From contig OZ024741.1 in assembly GCA_964016885.1 (NCBI GenBank), forward strand, positions 373,054,001-373,118,000: 64,000 nt of DNA, written 5' to 3'. Positions 13,060 to 24,830 of this stretch are shown here, piece after piece. This DNA is from Eledone cirrhosa. Its lineage: Eukaryota. A program made the translations under genes and the position numbers. A model generated the notes under the pieces. It was not told the origin of the DNA. It saw only the letters and a program-made list of their open reading frames with translations, and made no database searches. Position 1 is the stretch's first letter; each line of letters begins with the position of its first letter.

Positions 13060-13475
13060 TCCCTTCCTGCTATTTCAAATGTTAAACTAATATATTTCTT
13101 CCATGTACTGTGCCCTTATTTTTGTTATTACTATTACATACATACACATATATATAATATATAATATATTTTCCATTTCAGGTAGATGCGATCCATCATC
13201 CACTTTTCTAAAAAATAAATCATACACAAAACGCCAGTACCAACAGTTTTGCAAGAGATGTCAACATGAATGGACCTGTTATTTTTATCTAAAGACATTT
13301 TTTTCCAATTCCAACCTGCCCGTCCCCTCAATCTATCTTATTTCCAATTCTTTCTTCTGATGAAGGACTAGCGTCTGAAACGTTAAGACCCTCTTCCTGC
13401 TATATCAAGCGTTAACCTAATATATCCCTTCCATATACTGTACCGATTGTGTTGTTATTTCTGTTTACCTTTTAC
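13060..13475 (+). mobile_element. PLE pseudo-LTR remnant with partial tandem duplication (family B)
   Basis: Direct repeat 13061-13135 vs 13391-13465 (CTTCCTGCTAT.TCAA..GTTAA.CTAATATAT..CTTCCAT.TACTGT) bracketing a hammerhead motif. TA-tract flanks. Confidence 0.65.
13353..13388 (+). ncRNA. Minimal type I hammerhead ribozyme motif
   Basis: TCTT-CTGATGA-A-GGAC(TAGC)GTCT-GAAA-CG-TT-AAGA: stem I TCTT/AAGA, intact core, stem II, palindromic AACGTT in place of stem III. Confidence 0.8.
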
Positions 13476-13959
13476 ATATATATATATACCATAGTTATTC
13501 TCCTTCTCTGCATGCTTATTTATTCTATAATCTCATTTGTTACTTACATCTAAATCATCTAAAATCCACACCAGAATTCTACCTTAGTAACCAATGGTTC
13601 TTCAAAATATTACATTACTTCAGCTCCATCATCTTCCTCTCAAAATACCTATTTATATTAGAAGCTATGTGATTATTAAAATTTGCCAGCAGGTTGGACA
13701 TTTAAAAATACTGTGTAGATTATCATTGATAATAGTTTTCTTTCACACCTGATATAATTAAAACAGCAAAAAAAAAGAAAAGAAGAAAAAGAAAAGAAAA
13801 ATATAAGATACAATTCTTGTTCTGTCTATCTACATATGTGAGCCAGAAATCCAATTATCTTAAATGATTTAAATAAATAACATGTTGCAATATAATATGG
13901 TAGAACATAAGCAAGACAGAGCAGAGAAGAGACTAACTATTTTTGTTTCATTATTATCT

Positions 13960-14148
13960 CGGTGGATTGGCAGTATCGGTAGAGGGTCGGACGCCATGCT
14001 TTGATGCATAGAGTTACGGCCCTTGCCATTTTGAGTTCAAATCTCGCCGAGGTTTACTTTGCCTTTCATCCTTACGGGGTCGATAAAATAAAGTACCAGT
14101 AATGCACTGGGTAATTCTGGCCTTGTGCCAAAAGTAGAAACAATTATT
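13960..14148 (+). mobile_element. tRNA-derived Nin-domain SINE
   Basis: GGTGGATTGGCAGTATCGGTAGAG (A box)...GAGTTCAAATC (B box)...GCCTTTCATCCTTACGGGGTCGATAAAATAAAGTACCAG...AAAAGTAGAAACAATTATT. Confidence 0.9.
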
Positions 14149-16265
14149 ATCTATTCAGACTGGTGAGGTTAAATGGATTGGATTTTTAGCTTGAGTTTGT
14201 ATGGGTTGATATTTTCAAGGAACCAGAGTCTGGTCTGTGGAGTGAGATAAACTAGGGATAACATCAGGAAGATAGACAGGTACATTAAGTGGATTTGGCC
14301 ATATATGGTAGATAGTTTACTACATCAGGAACAGAAGTAGTTGTTTGTTGTGGGAAAAGTACAGAGAAAATATAATACATCAGTGAAGCAGATGATTGTA
14401 GAGTGTTAATGCATAAACGTTAGCTTGGCAACCAGATTTTCTCCAATTTCTAAAAGATATTCTACTCTTCTGAACTTACTGAAGAGACCATAAATATTTA
14501 TTTAGCTCTTGTTTTACACACAACAAATTGCAAGTGAAAAATACATCTCCCCTGGATAGCTTGCTATCCTATGACATAACATTATTGATACTAAAGTGGG
14601 CTGAGGTTATGTCAAATGGTCTGCTCAGAAAGACGACAAAACTCCTGCAGTGTACTTAAGATCATGTCAGTTTTCAGCTTTTTTTTATTGATTTGGTTTA
14701 GAGGATGAGGCTTTGCACATGGCCTTCACAATCCCTTTGAGACAGGTGAGATTGTTATTCTTAATATTCTACTTCGATCTGTTGAACAGATATTTCAATT
14801 CTTTATTCAGTTGGTCATTTCCCCATTATCAACAAACACACATACAACACACATACACATATGACATGTATATAATCAAACACAGACATATACTCTCACA
14901 CAATGTATATAAAAGACAGAGTGAAGGAAAGATAACATTTTTATACATACTTTGTAGTTTTTAAAAACAATTAAAATGGATTCTGTACTTTCTATGAATA
15001 AACCTATTTCTATTCTGATATTCAATGTGTTGTTCCTCAATAATACAAGAACATATTTATTGATTGAGGTTTGATTTATGCTGAATAATTCTTTGATATT
15101 AAATTTCCACCTCCAAACAGTTCTGTAGGCCATCACAAACAAGACAATGACAGCCTCGGTATACATTAAAAATACTGACATATTCTTTTAACTGAAGTAG
15201 TGAGTAACATTTTATTAAAATATATATATTTAGAAAATCTAAATATTTATTCACAATAAAGTAAGATTAACGCCCTCATAAACAAGTCATAGTTATGCAA
15301 TACAGGAGATTTAAAGGAGCCATATATATTTTAAAGAAGTTTGTAGAAGCCATATTCATTTTGAAAAAAATTTGTAGAAGCCATATTCATTTTACAAAAA
15401 ATATATCCTGTCCTCAATAGACAATAAACAGAATGTGACAGCTGAAGTTTTACAAAAGTAATAACCTCACACAAAAACATTTGATCATATAATAATATGT
15501 GTTCACACATAACCTTTGATTGCATATAACATTTGATCACATTTGAACATTTGAAGGCATTTGAGCTCGGTCAGTAGTTCAACTAGAAATTAATGGCTAC
15601 AGGTGGATCAGCCAACAAGTAGGGCATTCTCCTGAGACAATGACTCTGTCTTCTCTGGTAGTAAGTCTCTACCAGAGGAGAGGGGGCACTTTCACCTATA
15701 AACTCTACCAAACAGTGGCACTACACAAGGGAAGAATTCAAGAGATGTAGCTGGATTTCAAACAGGTTAACACAGACAGACATATGTAGCCACCAGAGTA
15801 AAATAATTTTTTTTATAAAACTAGGAAGGTTCTATAGAAGTAGTTGATAGCTTCTTTTATCTAGATGACTAAATCAGCAGTGAGTGCAAGTACTCTGCTA
15901 GCATAGGAGCTAGAATATTATCTTTGCTAGCAACAAAATAATTCTCTCTCCAAGTATAAGTGTGTACTGGGTGTATCTTACCATGATATCAACATTATCA
16001 CTTTACAGAGTATAGTGGAGGCTATTTAATGTGACATCAGCACTAATACATTGCAGAGTGTACTGGGAGCATTTTATGGTGGCACCAGCACTAGAGAGAT
16101 TGACATGTACTGGATAAAAGTGAAGAGCCCTCTTTACACTATATTGTCTATGTTTGATTGCATATCTCTCTCTCTATATATATATAGAACAAAGGAAATG
16201 TGGTAAGGAACCAGATGGACCATAACGCACCAGAGTACTCAATACTTAGGGTAGTAGAGTGGGAA

Positions 16266-16376
16266 ATAGGAAAAAGTATGACCCTGATGGCAGAGCTCAA
16301 GCCGTTTCGACGGCTATTTCTGAAATAGCCGTCGAAACGGCTTGAGCTCTGCCATTGGGGTCATACTTTTTCCTAT
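16266..16376. repeat. 111-bp near-perfect palindrome (55-bp arms, 1-nt centre)
   Basis: ATAGGAAAAAGTATGACCC...GTTTCGACGGCTATTTC T GAAATAGCCGTCGAAAC...GGGTCATACTTTTTCCTAT with two G-T mismatches. Confidence 0.95.
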
Positions 16377-16389
16377 ATATATATATATA

Positions 16390-16660
16390 TTGTTATACTT
16401 TGGGAGGGTCATGTTGCCAATTAAAACACATGCACCTGTTGGTTGGTTCGATAACCGGAAGGTTGTTTATATATTGTCAAAGCTCTTTCGTCATACATTC
16501 TGTGACCTCCTCAGTGACTAGGTTTTTATTTTGTGCGTGTCTCTCCTTTGTTCTGTCTTACACCAACATTGGTAACATGACCCTCCCAAAGTATAACAAT
16601 ATCTGTTTCAACACACGTTTTCAGATAAGAAATCTTGCAAAACAAATTCAAAAACGGATT
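16390..16660. mobile_element. PLE family A pseudo-LTR, inverted segment joined to forward segment
   Basis: 16390-16565 is the reverse complement of about 1350-1594 with an internal deletion. 16567-16660 is a forward copy of 1560-1650. TA-tract flanks. Confidence 0.85.
16476..16518 (-). ncRNA. Minimal hammerhead motif (family A)
   Basis: Minus strand GTCA-CTGAGGA-G-GTCACA(GAATG)TATGAC-GAAA-GAGC-TT-TGAC. Confidence 0.7.
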
Positions 16661-16724
16661 ATATATATATAAGGCAGGGAAATCAAACTTTAAAACGATG
16701 ATGATGATATATATGTATGTATGT

Positions 16725-16781
<57 letters not shown>

Positions 16782-17511
16782 GTCGATGAGAAAATGTTAT
16801 GCTCATTTAATGTGGAGTTTTCCTAAACATTGACAAGTTTCATTACAATACACTTCCAATAAAATCTAAAGTTTTCAGGTCTAACTCCATTTTAAAGTTT
16901 TATTTAGAACTCAACATCCACAACACAGTAGTATAACTAGATTTAAGCATCAACATTTTGGACAGTAAATTGCCAACTTTAAAGCCTACCATTTATAGTA
17001 TATACTTGAAATGGAAGATGTGAAATAGTTTTCACATCAAAACACTTTTCAAGAGAGCTTTCAGTTTAAGTTCCTCTACTTTTAGCTCTAGAACTTTCTG
17101 GCATTAAGCAGGGCTTAGCCAATAGTAATTATGCTAATCACTTATTGACAAATAACCACACATACTTTACAACGAATAGTAAGCATAACATCAGTAATTC
17201 CATTAACAACATTCTAAATAACTTCTCTGCTGAGAATGAAATAAATAACACTGTTTCTAACAATAACCCACATCATGATAGTTATATAAGTTATATAGTC
17301 TAAATAGTTATATAGTATAAAAGCAAAGAAACATAAACAATATAATCTTTAACTACAGCACACAAAACCAATGTTTTTACTGCAGTGTAGTCACCACACT
17401 AGAGTTCTCTCATCATCATCACTTTTGCTTTTGCAGTAAAAAATTACATGTCCACAAAGAAGGTGCAAATTTAATAGTAATTGATTCATAGGAGAGACAT
17501 TCATATCTCTT

Positions 17512-17960
17512 GCCGGATTGGCAGTATTGGTAGAAGGTCAGATGCCAACCTTTGCAATATAAAGTTACGACCCTTTATGATCTGAGTTCAAATCTCACTG
17601 AGGTTAACTTTGCCTTTCATCTTTACGGAGTCGATGAAATAAAGTACCAGTCATGCACTGGGGTCGATCTAATCGACTTTCCCCCTCTCCCAAAATTGCT
17701 GAAACCATTTATATTGAAGACAATATTGGGTGGTGGATTGGCAGTATCAATGGAACATCAGACAATATGCTTCATGACATAGAGTTACGCCCCTTTACGT
17801 CCTGGATTCAAATCCCATCAAAGTTAACTTTGTCTTGTATCCTTACGGGGGTCAATAAAATAAAGTACCAGTCACACACTGGGGTCGATTTAATCAACTT
17901 CCCCTCTCCCAAAATTGCTGGCCTTGAGCCTAAATCAGAAACCATTTATATTGAAGACAA
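17512..17960 (+). mobile_element. Two tandem Nin-domain SINEs
   Basis: Two consecutive copies (about 17512-17722 and 17729-17960), each with tRNA head, Nin core and shared tail GAAACCATTTATATTGAAGACAAT. Confidence 0.85.
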
Positions 17961-18149
17961 TTATAATTCCCTTTTTTGTTCCCTTTAAAAGTGTTTTGTG
18001 CTCAAAAACTTTTATTTAATGTCAATGGTTTTTCATGTCATTGTGAGATTTTGGACATGTTTGTTTTTCATTTCTTACACTGGACAATTTCCACTTCATA
18101 CAAATGCATAAAACTACATTGAGTTGGAAACATTTTAAACAACTCTTCC

Positions 18150-19040
18150 CCTCCTCCCTAAGGTAACAGATAAATAATACATGAAACCTTGATACATTGG
18201 AACATTTAGATATAATTTCAACAAACAAATTTCCAGCCCCAACTGAATATTAACTTGAATCTTACATCATGATATGGTATTTCTCTGCCAATCAGAGGTC
18301 ATATCTCTTGGCATCACCAGTATAAACATTAGCTAGTTTGATGATGGACCATTTTATTGCTGTGTTATCATTGCATATTTCTTATTTAGATTAAAGAAGG
18401 ATCTGGAATGTGTATACAATGCTTCTTAAATACATTTTTTTATGAATCCTATATAGTTTCTTCTTTACAGTTACTTATTTTACTGCAACGTAATATTCTT
18501 TTTAAAACGTTTACCATCAAAAGGTGAGCTGATCATATCTTTAGAGGACATTTTGATTCTAAGCCTTTTGATTTTATAAGTATTATTATCATTTTTTTTC
18601 TTATTTATGTTTTTCACATTTGGTGCACAGCTGACCTTTATGTTTATTTCTCTGAAATAAAGCTAGAAAGTTTATCACAAACTTAATCTTCACACTGTAA
18701 CTATAAGGCAGAATATAAAGCAGATCTTATTTCTACTGTTTCTGAATTTAGGTTGTTGTTTTCGTAGGAACAGAATTTTTCTCATCATGCCTATTATTGC
18801 TTAAAACCTTGTTGCAGGTCGATTCTTCTTTAAACAACATATTTATTTGATATTATACTACTTATACTCACACCTAACATTTTAAAGATGATTGCTGGAT
18901 GATTTGAAGATATATTCACATGTAGCATACAGTTGCTACACAATAGAGTTGGTATTCCAAATAAAATATATTCCAAAGTGAAGCCTACACTACATACATT
19001 CATTGAGGTTAAATTTTCAACATTTTTTAACCCCAACTTT
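18150..19040 (-). mobile_element. Decayed Naiad-type Penelope-like element (RT thumb to GIY-YIG C-terminus)
   Basis: Ordered minus-strand motifs: LHVNISSNHPAIIFK..SIS, IKVS-CAPNVKNI, SPFDGKRFKKNI, NYIG, IKWSIIKLANVYTGDAKRYDL*LAEKYHI, EIISKC. From IKVS onwards they are colinear with the better-preserved copy at 29170-29860. Confidence 0.75.
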
Positions 19041-19479
19041 CTTTAACTATCAGGCTTTGGGTTGTTTATATAATGTCAAACTGAATATAGCTTTCAGAAG
19101 TAACATAAAGCTCTGTTTCAGATGTATTCCAAATATAGAAAAGAGAATTAGATATATACTGTTTAGTTTTTTAAAATAAAATGCTTCAGTTTATGAAATG
19201 CACAATTATTTTGAAAAATAAAAATTGGGGCAAGGAGGATAGCATTTAGTAATATACAAACATTTTTATTGAAAGAAATTCAACCTGATAACGAGAAATG
19301 ATTATTGTTCTAGTCACAAAAAAGCACAAAAGTTTGAGATAAAAAGTTTTAAGCTTCAAAAAAAATGATTCAGTTAGCTTCAAAATCTACAAAATCTTTA
19401 TTGCTTTCCTTATCACTATTGATTGGAAAGAAATTTGAAATTTTATTATTGGACGGATTATGATTTTGAATTTCGATAT

Positions 19480-21151
19480 TGAATGGGGTGTCATCTTTTG
19501 TGCAATATATTGTATAGCTAAAGCCACATTTTAAAAAATACCTTTATCATGTTATTTCTCACTTTTTCCCATTAATCCTTCATCTACATGCACACCTAAA
19601 CAAATGCTGATCCCAAATCTTTCTGTTGTATCTGGCACTTCCATTCTTCTTTCATGAAAATTGTAAAAGTCTTATTAATAAAAAGACAAAGAGATTGCAA
19701 TTTACAAGTTGAACCATTGGGTATAACAGCCAATTGAATCTTTTATTCATTATCATTTTCCTTTATGTTTTCTCTTTTGCGAGCTTCTTGTTTTAAATAT
19801 ATCCACTAGATGTTTAAATGAATCGTTATCAAACCAATGTGGTATTCTTCGTTCATCCATCCACCTGCTGTCATGTACATGAATGTAGAATGTAGACACT
19901 GCTGGGTAAATTTTCTTTTGACATAGTTTTTCTTTTAAAAGTTAACATTAGGTACAATTTTGATCTGTCCACACTGCATGTTAATATCACTGCATAATGT
20001 GTTTTCTCGTGTCCAGTAGTCTTAACAATAATTGCTTTAATACCTTTTATATTTGTGGTTTTATTGATTGGAATATCAAATGTTAAAGGGGTTTCATCTA
20101 TGTTTACTATTTCAGACAATTTAAAAAGTTTCTTTCCCTTTAGCATTTAAACTGGTCATATCCAGCCAGAATTCTCTCAACTGTTTCTGTTTAAACCGGC
20201 TGTAACTGGCCACTAATACTGATGTTAAGGTATTGTTCTCAAAATAAATAAATATCAAAATCTCATAGATTCGATATTATGTGAGGTAAAACCTTTACCA
20301 CAAAAATATAATAGTATATATCGAGTAATGTAAATGCTAAAGGGTTAACTCTATATTGTACTTGTGAAAAGCATAAATTTTCCTCTCAAACTTGCTGGGC
20401 ATTCTTTGAACAATTGTTGCTTTAGTTCTCATTTCAAGGCTGTTGCATTTCATAAAGCAATAAAACCCCGATCTTTGACCAGTAAAATCTTTGCTTTAAA
20501 AATCATATTTCAAGAAATATTTTCAGAATCTTGACATTCTAATGGTTTTTCCTTGGTGCACGACATTTTTTACTTTAGATGTTATAAAAAATGAAAACAG
20601 TATGACGAAAAACGAAGTAAAATATACTGCCTCACTTTAGGTAGGCTTAAAAGTAAAAGTTTTTTTAAACTGCAATTACTAAATATTTATAAATACTTTC
20701 ATTCACGTCTGTTACCTATTATTATTACTATTTTTAATTTGGGAGGAATGTAAATAGTTATGTATTTTTTAAGAAAAATATCAATATTGGTATTAATTAG
20801 GTATGAAAATAAACTAAACTATACTTATTTATTTAAACATACAGCTATACATGACTTGTATATAGTTTACATTTAGCAACATTGGTAAAACAATGGATGT
20901 AATACTTTGCAGTATTTAGTTGTGACTTTGTACATTCTGAGTTCAAATCCTACAGAGGTCACCTTTACTTTTCATCCTTCTGGGGTCGATGTAATCAATT
21001 TTCTCCTTCCCCCAAATTTCTGACCATATGCCAAAAGTAGAAACAATAAATATTATTGTTATTATTATATACTTTTTCTGTATAGGATACAGGCAGATTT
21101 TGGCATCAAATTTCGGGGTAAAATGTATATCTTATACACAGAAAAATATGG
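19480..21151 (-). mobile_element. Decayed pogo/Tigger DNA transposon
   Basis: IVNIDETPLTFDIP...IVKTTGHEKTHYAVILTC..D.SKL..MLTFKRKT...GWMDE at about 19850-20125. Terminus CTTATACACAGAAAAATATGG|TA at 21131-21153. Contains nested MITE and SINE. Confidence 0.8.
20136..20344. mobile_element. piggyBac-like MITE nested in the pogo element
   Basis: TIR CCCTTTAGCATTTA / TAAATGCTAAAGGG followed by TTAA. The left TTAA is not preserved. Confidence 0.65.
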
Positions 21152-23624
21152 TAATATTAGGGCCCTAAAAAAATCAACTAGTATAAAATTGTTCTTCTTT
21201 GTCTTCATAAGGATAAGTGTTAAAGAAAGTCATCTATGGTTTATCAAAAGCAAGCAAGAGTAAGGTCTAATACTACGTATATAGGAATCCTGTAAAACAT
21301 ATTTTAAAACAATTACACACAATATGTTAGATTATTCCTTAATACATGAAAGAATGTGATGATGGTTTTGTGAAAATATATTTAGTTTTTAAAATAGAAA
21401 GATAAAATTAATACAGCCCAAAAAATGATCCATCATTGAGTCAGCCAAATTTATAGTGAAAGTGCCAAGAAGTTTGATCTACGCTTGGCAAAGAAATACC
21501 ATGTCTAGAAGGAAAATGACAGAAAACTCAACAAAAAACAAGTTACTACCTTAGTTTTATTTAATACATTACCTTAGTTTTAAAAATCCATGTTAAATGA
21601 ATAAGTGCCAGAACTTTTTGTCCTTATTATTCATTTTTCATGGCGGCTACTATATATTTGTTAATTTATATTTTTATTCCAGCTCTAAGTAATGAGAGAT
21701 ATTGGGAGTTGACAGGTTGTTATAAGTGGAAGCATTTTAATAAATTCTACTTTTTTTATCATTGCACTACAAGCGTCAGGATGAGTTTGGGTGGAAGATT
21801 TTATGCTATAGTGCTTATGTTAAGAAGAATTCTATATAGGACAGTTAGTTGTGCATGATCAACTTCTATGTCAGCAGATGTGCTGTATTTTGGCAAGTAG
21901 TTTGACAGATTTTGGCACCATAAGCAAAATTAGTTTACAGGAAAAGGAGGTGTTGATATGACCTATGTAATGATTTGTGTCATGACATTTACCTCCTTCA
22001 TCATTTTATAGAAAGAATAAATTACATTGGTGACATGTTTCATATAGAAAAAAAAATTTTTCTTCTTTTATTGAAGTGCTTTATAATAAATAAATAATCA
22101 TAGAAACCATTTTGAAATCATTGATCTATATCCTGTAATCTAATTCATTAAAGGATGTACTTAACTTTCCTATAGCTAACAGGCATCACCATTTAAACAA
22201 TAAAGGGGAGATTTGCTATGTTATTCTCAATGACCTTACATATAAATTATTACATATTTCAGTAGTTATTGTTGTCTGATTATATCTAATTTTATGTAGT
22301 TCATGAGAATGAGCAACTTTGGTGTTTGTGAACTTAAAACCACATCCTGGTAATATATTAATAACCAGATTCTTATCTATTAATTACACCCAGATTTATC
22401 AGTAATATAACCACATTTATTTTGTTTGTTTAATAGTTATTTTCCAATGAAAATTATTATCCACACTATGGTAAAATGGTTTTATTTTCCAAGTTGTGAA
22501 AGAAGAAACTATTCTTTTCTTTTTCTTATCATCTATTTCACTAGCTGTGTATAAATTTGAAATATAAAAAAAGATGCATAAAAGAAAAAAGTATGATACA
22601 AAGAGAATAAAAAGTTCTTAGGAATGGAATAAAGTGGTTCATTATTGAGAATGTATTAATAAGGCTAGTGAAGCCACCAGGAAAGATTATAAAAAAAACT
22701 ATCATTCTTTTCATGATGGCCTGTAAAAGGAGCACTTTATGCTTTTTGAAATATTTTTTTTTAATGTTACTAAAAATGTTAGGGTTTTACCATAAACTAG
22801 TGAATATTAAAACAAGCAGAGTAACACAAATGGCAGAAGTCTATTTTTGCAGCTTTCTTTAGGAACAAAAAAAAAAAGGAATCTTGGATATTTTGTTGCC
22901 ATATATCAATAGAAAACCTATTTACCAATAGGGTATTTCCTTATCCATGTTCCAATCAAGTAGCTGCTATTCTTACAGATGTGAATTTTGTTTTGGCTTT
23001 GGTTGAGGTGTTGGAAGCAGCAAAGGGCATTATATAACTTCACTTTTCCCTCCCAAGGATCAGAAAGCCCTAAAGTGATCTGTTTTCTCACAAGTGTAAT
23101 AGTTGGAATTTCTGCTCAAAACCAACACCCTCATTTGCTAATACTCCTCAGAAAATAACAATATTCAACTAATACTTTAAACTCCATGAAAATTCCTGCC
23201 AGGTTTTGTTGAGGGTGGACTTGAGTTTTATGGTCTCCCCTTGTTCTTCGGACAGTGCCATCATTCTGTTTTGGTTTCTGTGGAGTGATATATTGGTCAC
23301 AGTTACTTTTGCAATGTATCAACCCATGTAGAGTAGTATCATCACAAATTCTTAAGAACCCAGTTATGGTGGAAGCTCTACATGACTCCAACTCACAATG
23401 ACAAACTGCCATCACAGTCCCATGCTTTCTCTCTTTCACTAGATATCCTACAGCAGCCTGTATCTCTTTCATGCAATTTTTAGTTTGAACTGGCATGGGG
23501 ATATGTTTTTGTTTTATAAATCTGTATGCAATTATTTTTCTGATAGTGTCACTAACTTTCTTTGTTGACAATGGTATGACACTGGGTCACACAATGCCAT
23601 CTCTATATTACTTCTGCCTTAATG

Positions 23625-23942
23625 TGAATGTTAAGTCCATGTTGTTTCCTTGAGCAAGACACTTTATTTCACATTGCTCCAGTTTACTCAGCTGTAGAAA
23701 TGAGATGATAGGGACTCCAGTCCCTATCATTCCACTACAAAGTGGTCGTGGAGGTGTCACGGCAAACACGCACCCAGCCCACACTGTAAAGTGGTCGTGT
23801 AGGTGCTACGGCAAAAAAGCACCCAGCACTCACTGTAAATGAGGTTGGTGTTAGGAAGGGCATCCAGCTGTAGAAATCAAGCCAGAATCAGTTCCCGTCC
23901 CACCCTTGCAAGCAGGGAAAAGCGGACGTGATGATGATGATG
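23625..23942 (+). mobile_element. CORE-type SINE (head decayed) with RTE-derived 3' tail
   Basis: CCTTGAGCAAGACACTTTATTTCACATTGCTCCAGT core, about 40-bp internal modules, tail CCCGTCCCACCCTTGCAAGCAGGGAAAAGCGGACGT(GAT)n. Confidence 0.85.
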
Positions 23943-24308
23943 TAAAGCTGTGCTGTTGAATGAGATTGAATTATTTGCCATTAATCTAATATTTCTGTTG
24001 TTAACATTAGTTTTTCTTGGCAGAGCCATTCTGCTAGAGAATGGGTCACAAGTGGCAGATAGCAATACAGCCACCAGATATGATGGTTAGCTATGATGTA
24101 AGCAGTCTCCTACTGGATAAATAAGCAACTCCGGACCAACAGCATTAAACTACTAAGGGATGATAATGATGACAATGAAGATTATGATAATAAAGTATTA
24201 TATAAGGTGTTATTTAAGAATGAATATGTCTGACATTAACAATAAATACTGAGTAGAAGATAAAACTGATTAGCAATAAAACTGTAAAAGTTCAATAAAT
24301 TTACTTAC

Positions 24309-24485
24309 AGTTCACTAGCTATCGAGGAATTTCTTGAATTTGATTTTGGAGACAGTTCATAGTCACTATCTGATCTATAGAGAAAAGATTCTCGTCGCTG
24401 AGGTAAATTTTGTAATATCAATCCTGATGAAGGACTCATTTCCAAGGGACTACGACCTGGTGCCTGACCATTTTCCACATCAAAA
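24309..24485 (-). CDS. PDE4: Internal exon of cAMP-specific phosphodiesterase PDE4/dunce (N-terminal part of UCR1)
   Basis: [58 protein letters not shown] matches the PDE4 long-form UCR1 with the RRES PKA site. Acceptor TTTCTTTTAACAG| at 24486, donor |GTAAGT at 24308. 177 nt, phase 2 to phase 2. Confidence 0.96.
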
Positions 24486-24664
24486 CTGTTAAAAGAAACA
24501 ATAAAAGAATATTTATTTTTCTTACAACAACAATATACAATAACACTATACAATAACAAAAACAACAAGAAGTATTTTAAGATCAATTTCCTTGATAAAG
24601 CAGGAGTTAGTCTTGCAGGCCCCATGACAAGCTTAATCATACTCATCATGGGGGTCCTTTTTGA

Positions 24665-24830
24665 AGGTGGATTGGCAGTATTGGGAGAGAGTCAGATGCC
24701 ATACTTTGTAGCATAGAGTTACATCCTTTTTATGCCCCTTTGCCTTTCATCCTTACAGGGTCGATAAAATAAAGCACCAGTAATGCACTGGGATAATTGC
24801 TGGCCTTGTGACAAAAGTAGAAATAATTAT
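24665..24830 (+). mobile_element. Nin-domain SINE with internal deletion
   Basis: Family head and Nin core present, B-box region deleted. Confidence 0.8.

Noticed and set aside
18000-18130. SECIS or hammerhead 3' of the decayed Naiad
   Set aside because: ATGA..AAA..TGA and TGTC..GAAA..GACA remnants exist on the minus strand, but the stems and core are too decayed to call.
24486-24649. N-terminal hydrophobic part of ORF 24305-24649 as coding
   Set aside because: It lies upstream of a strong acceptor at the conserved exon boundary and is T-rich intron sequence.
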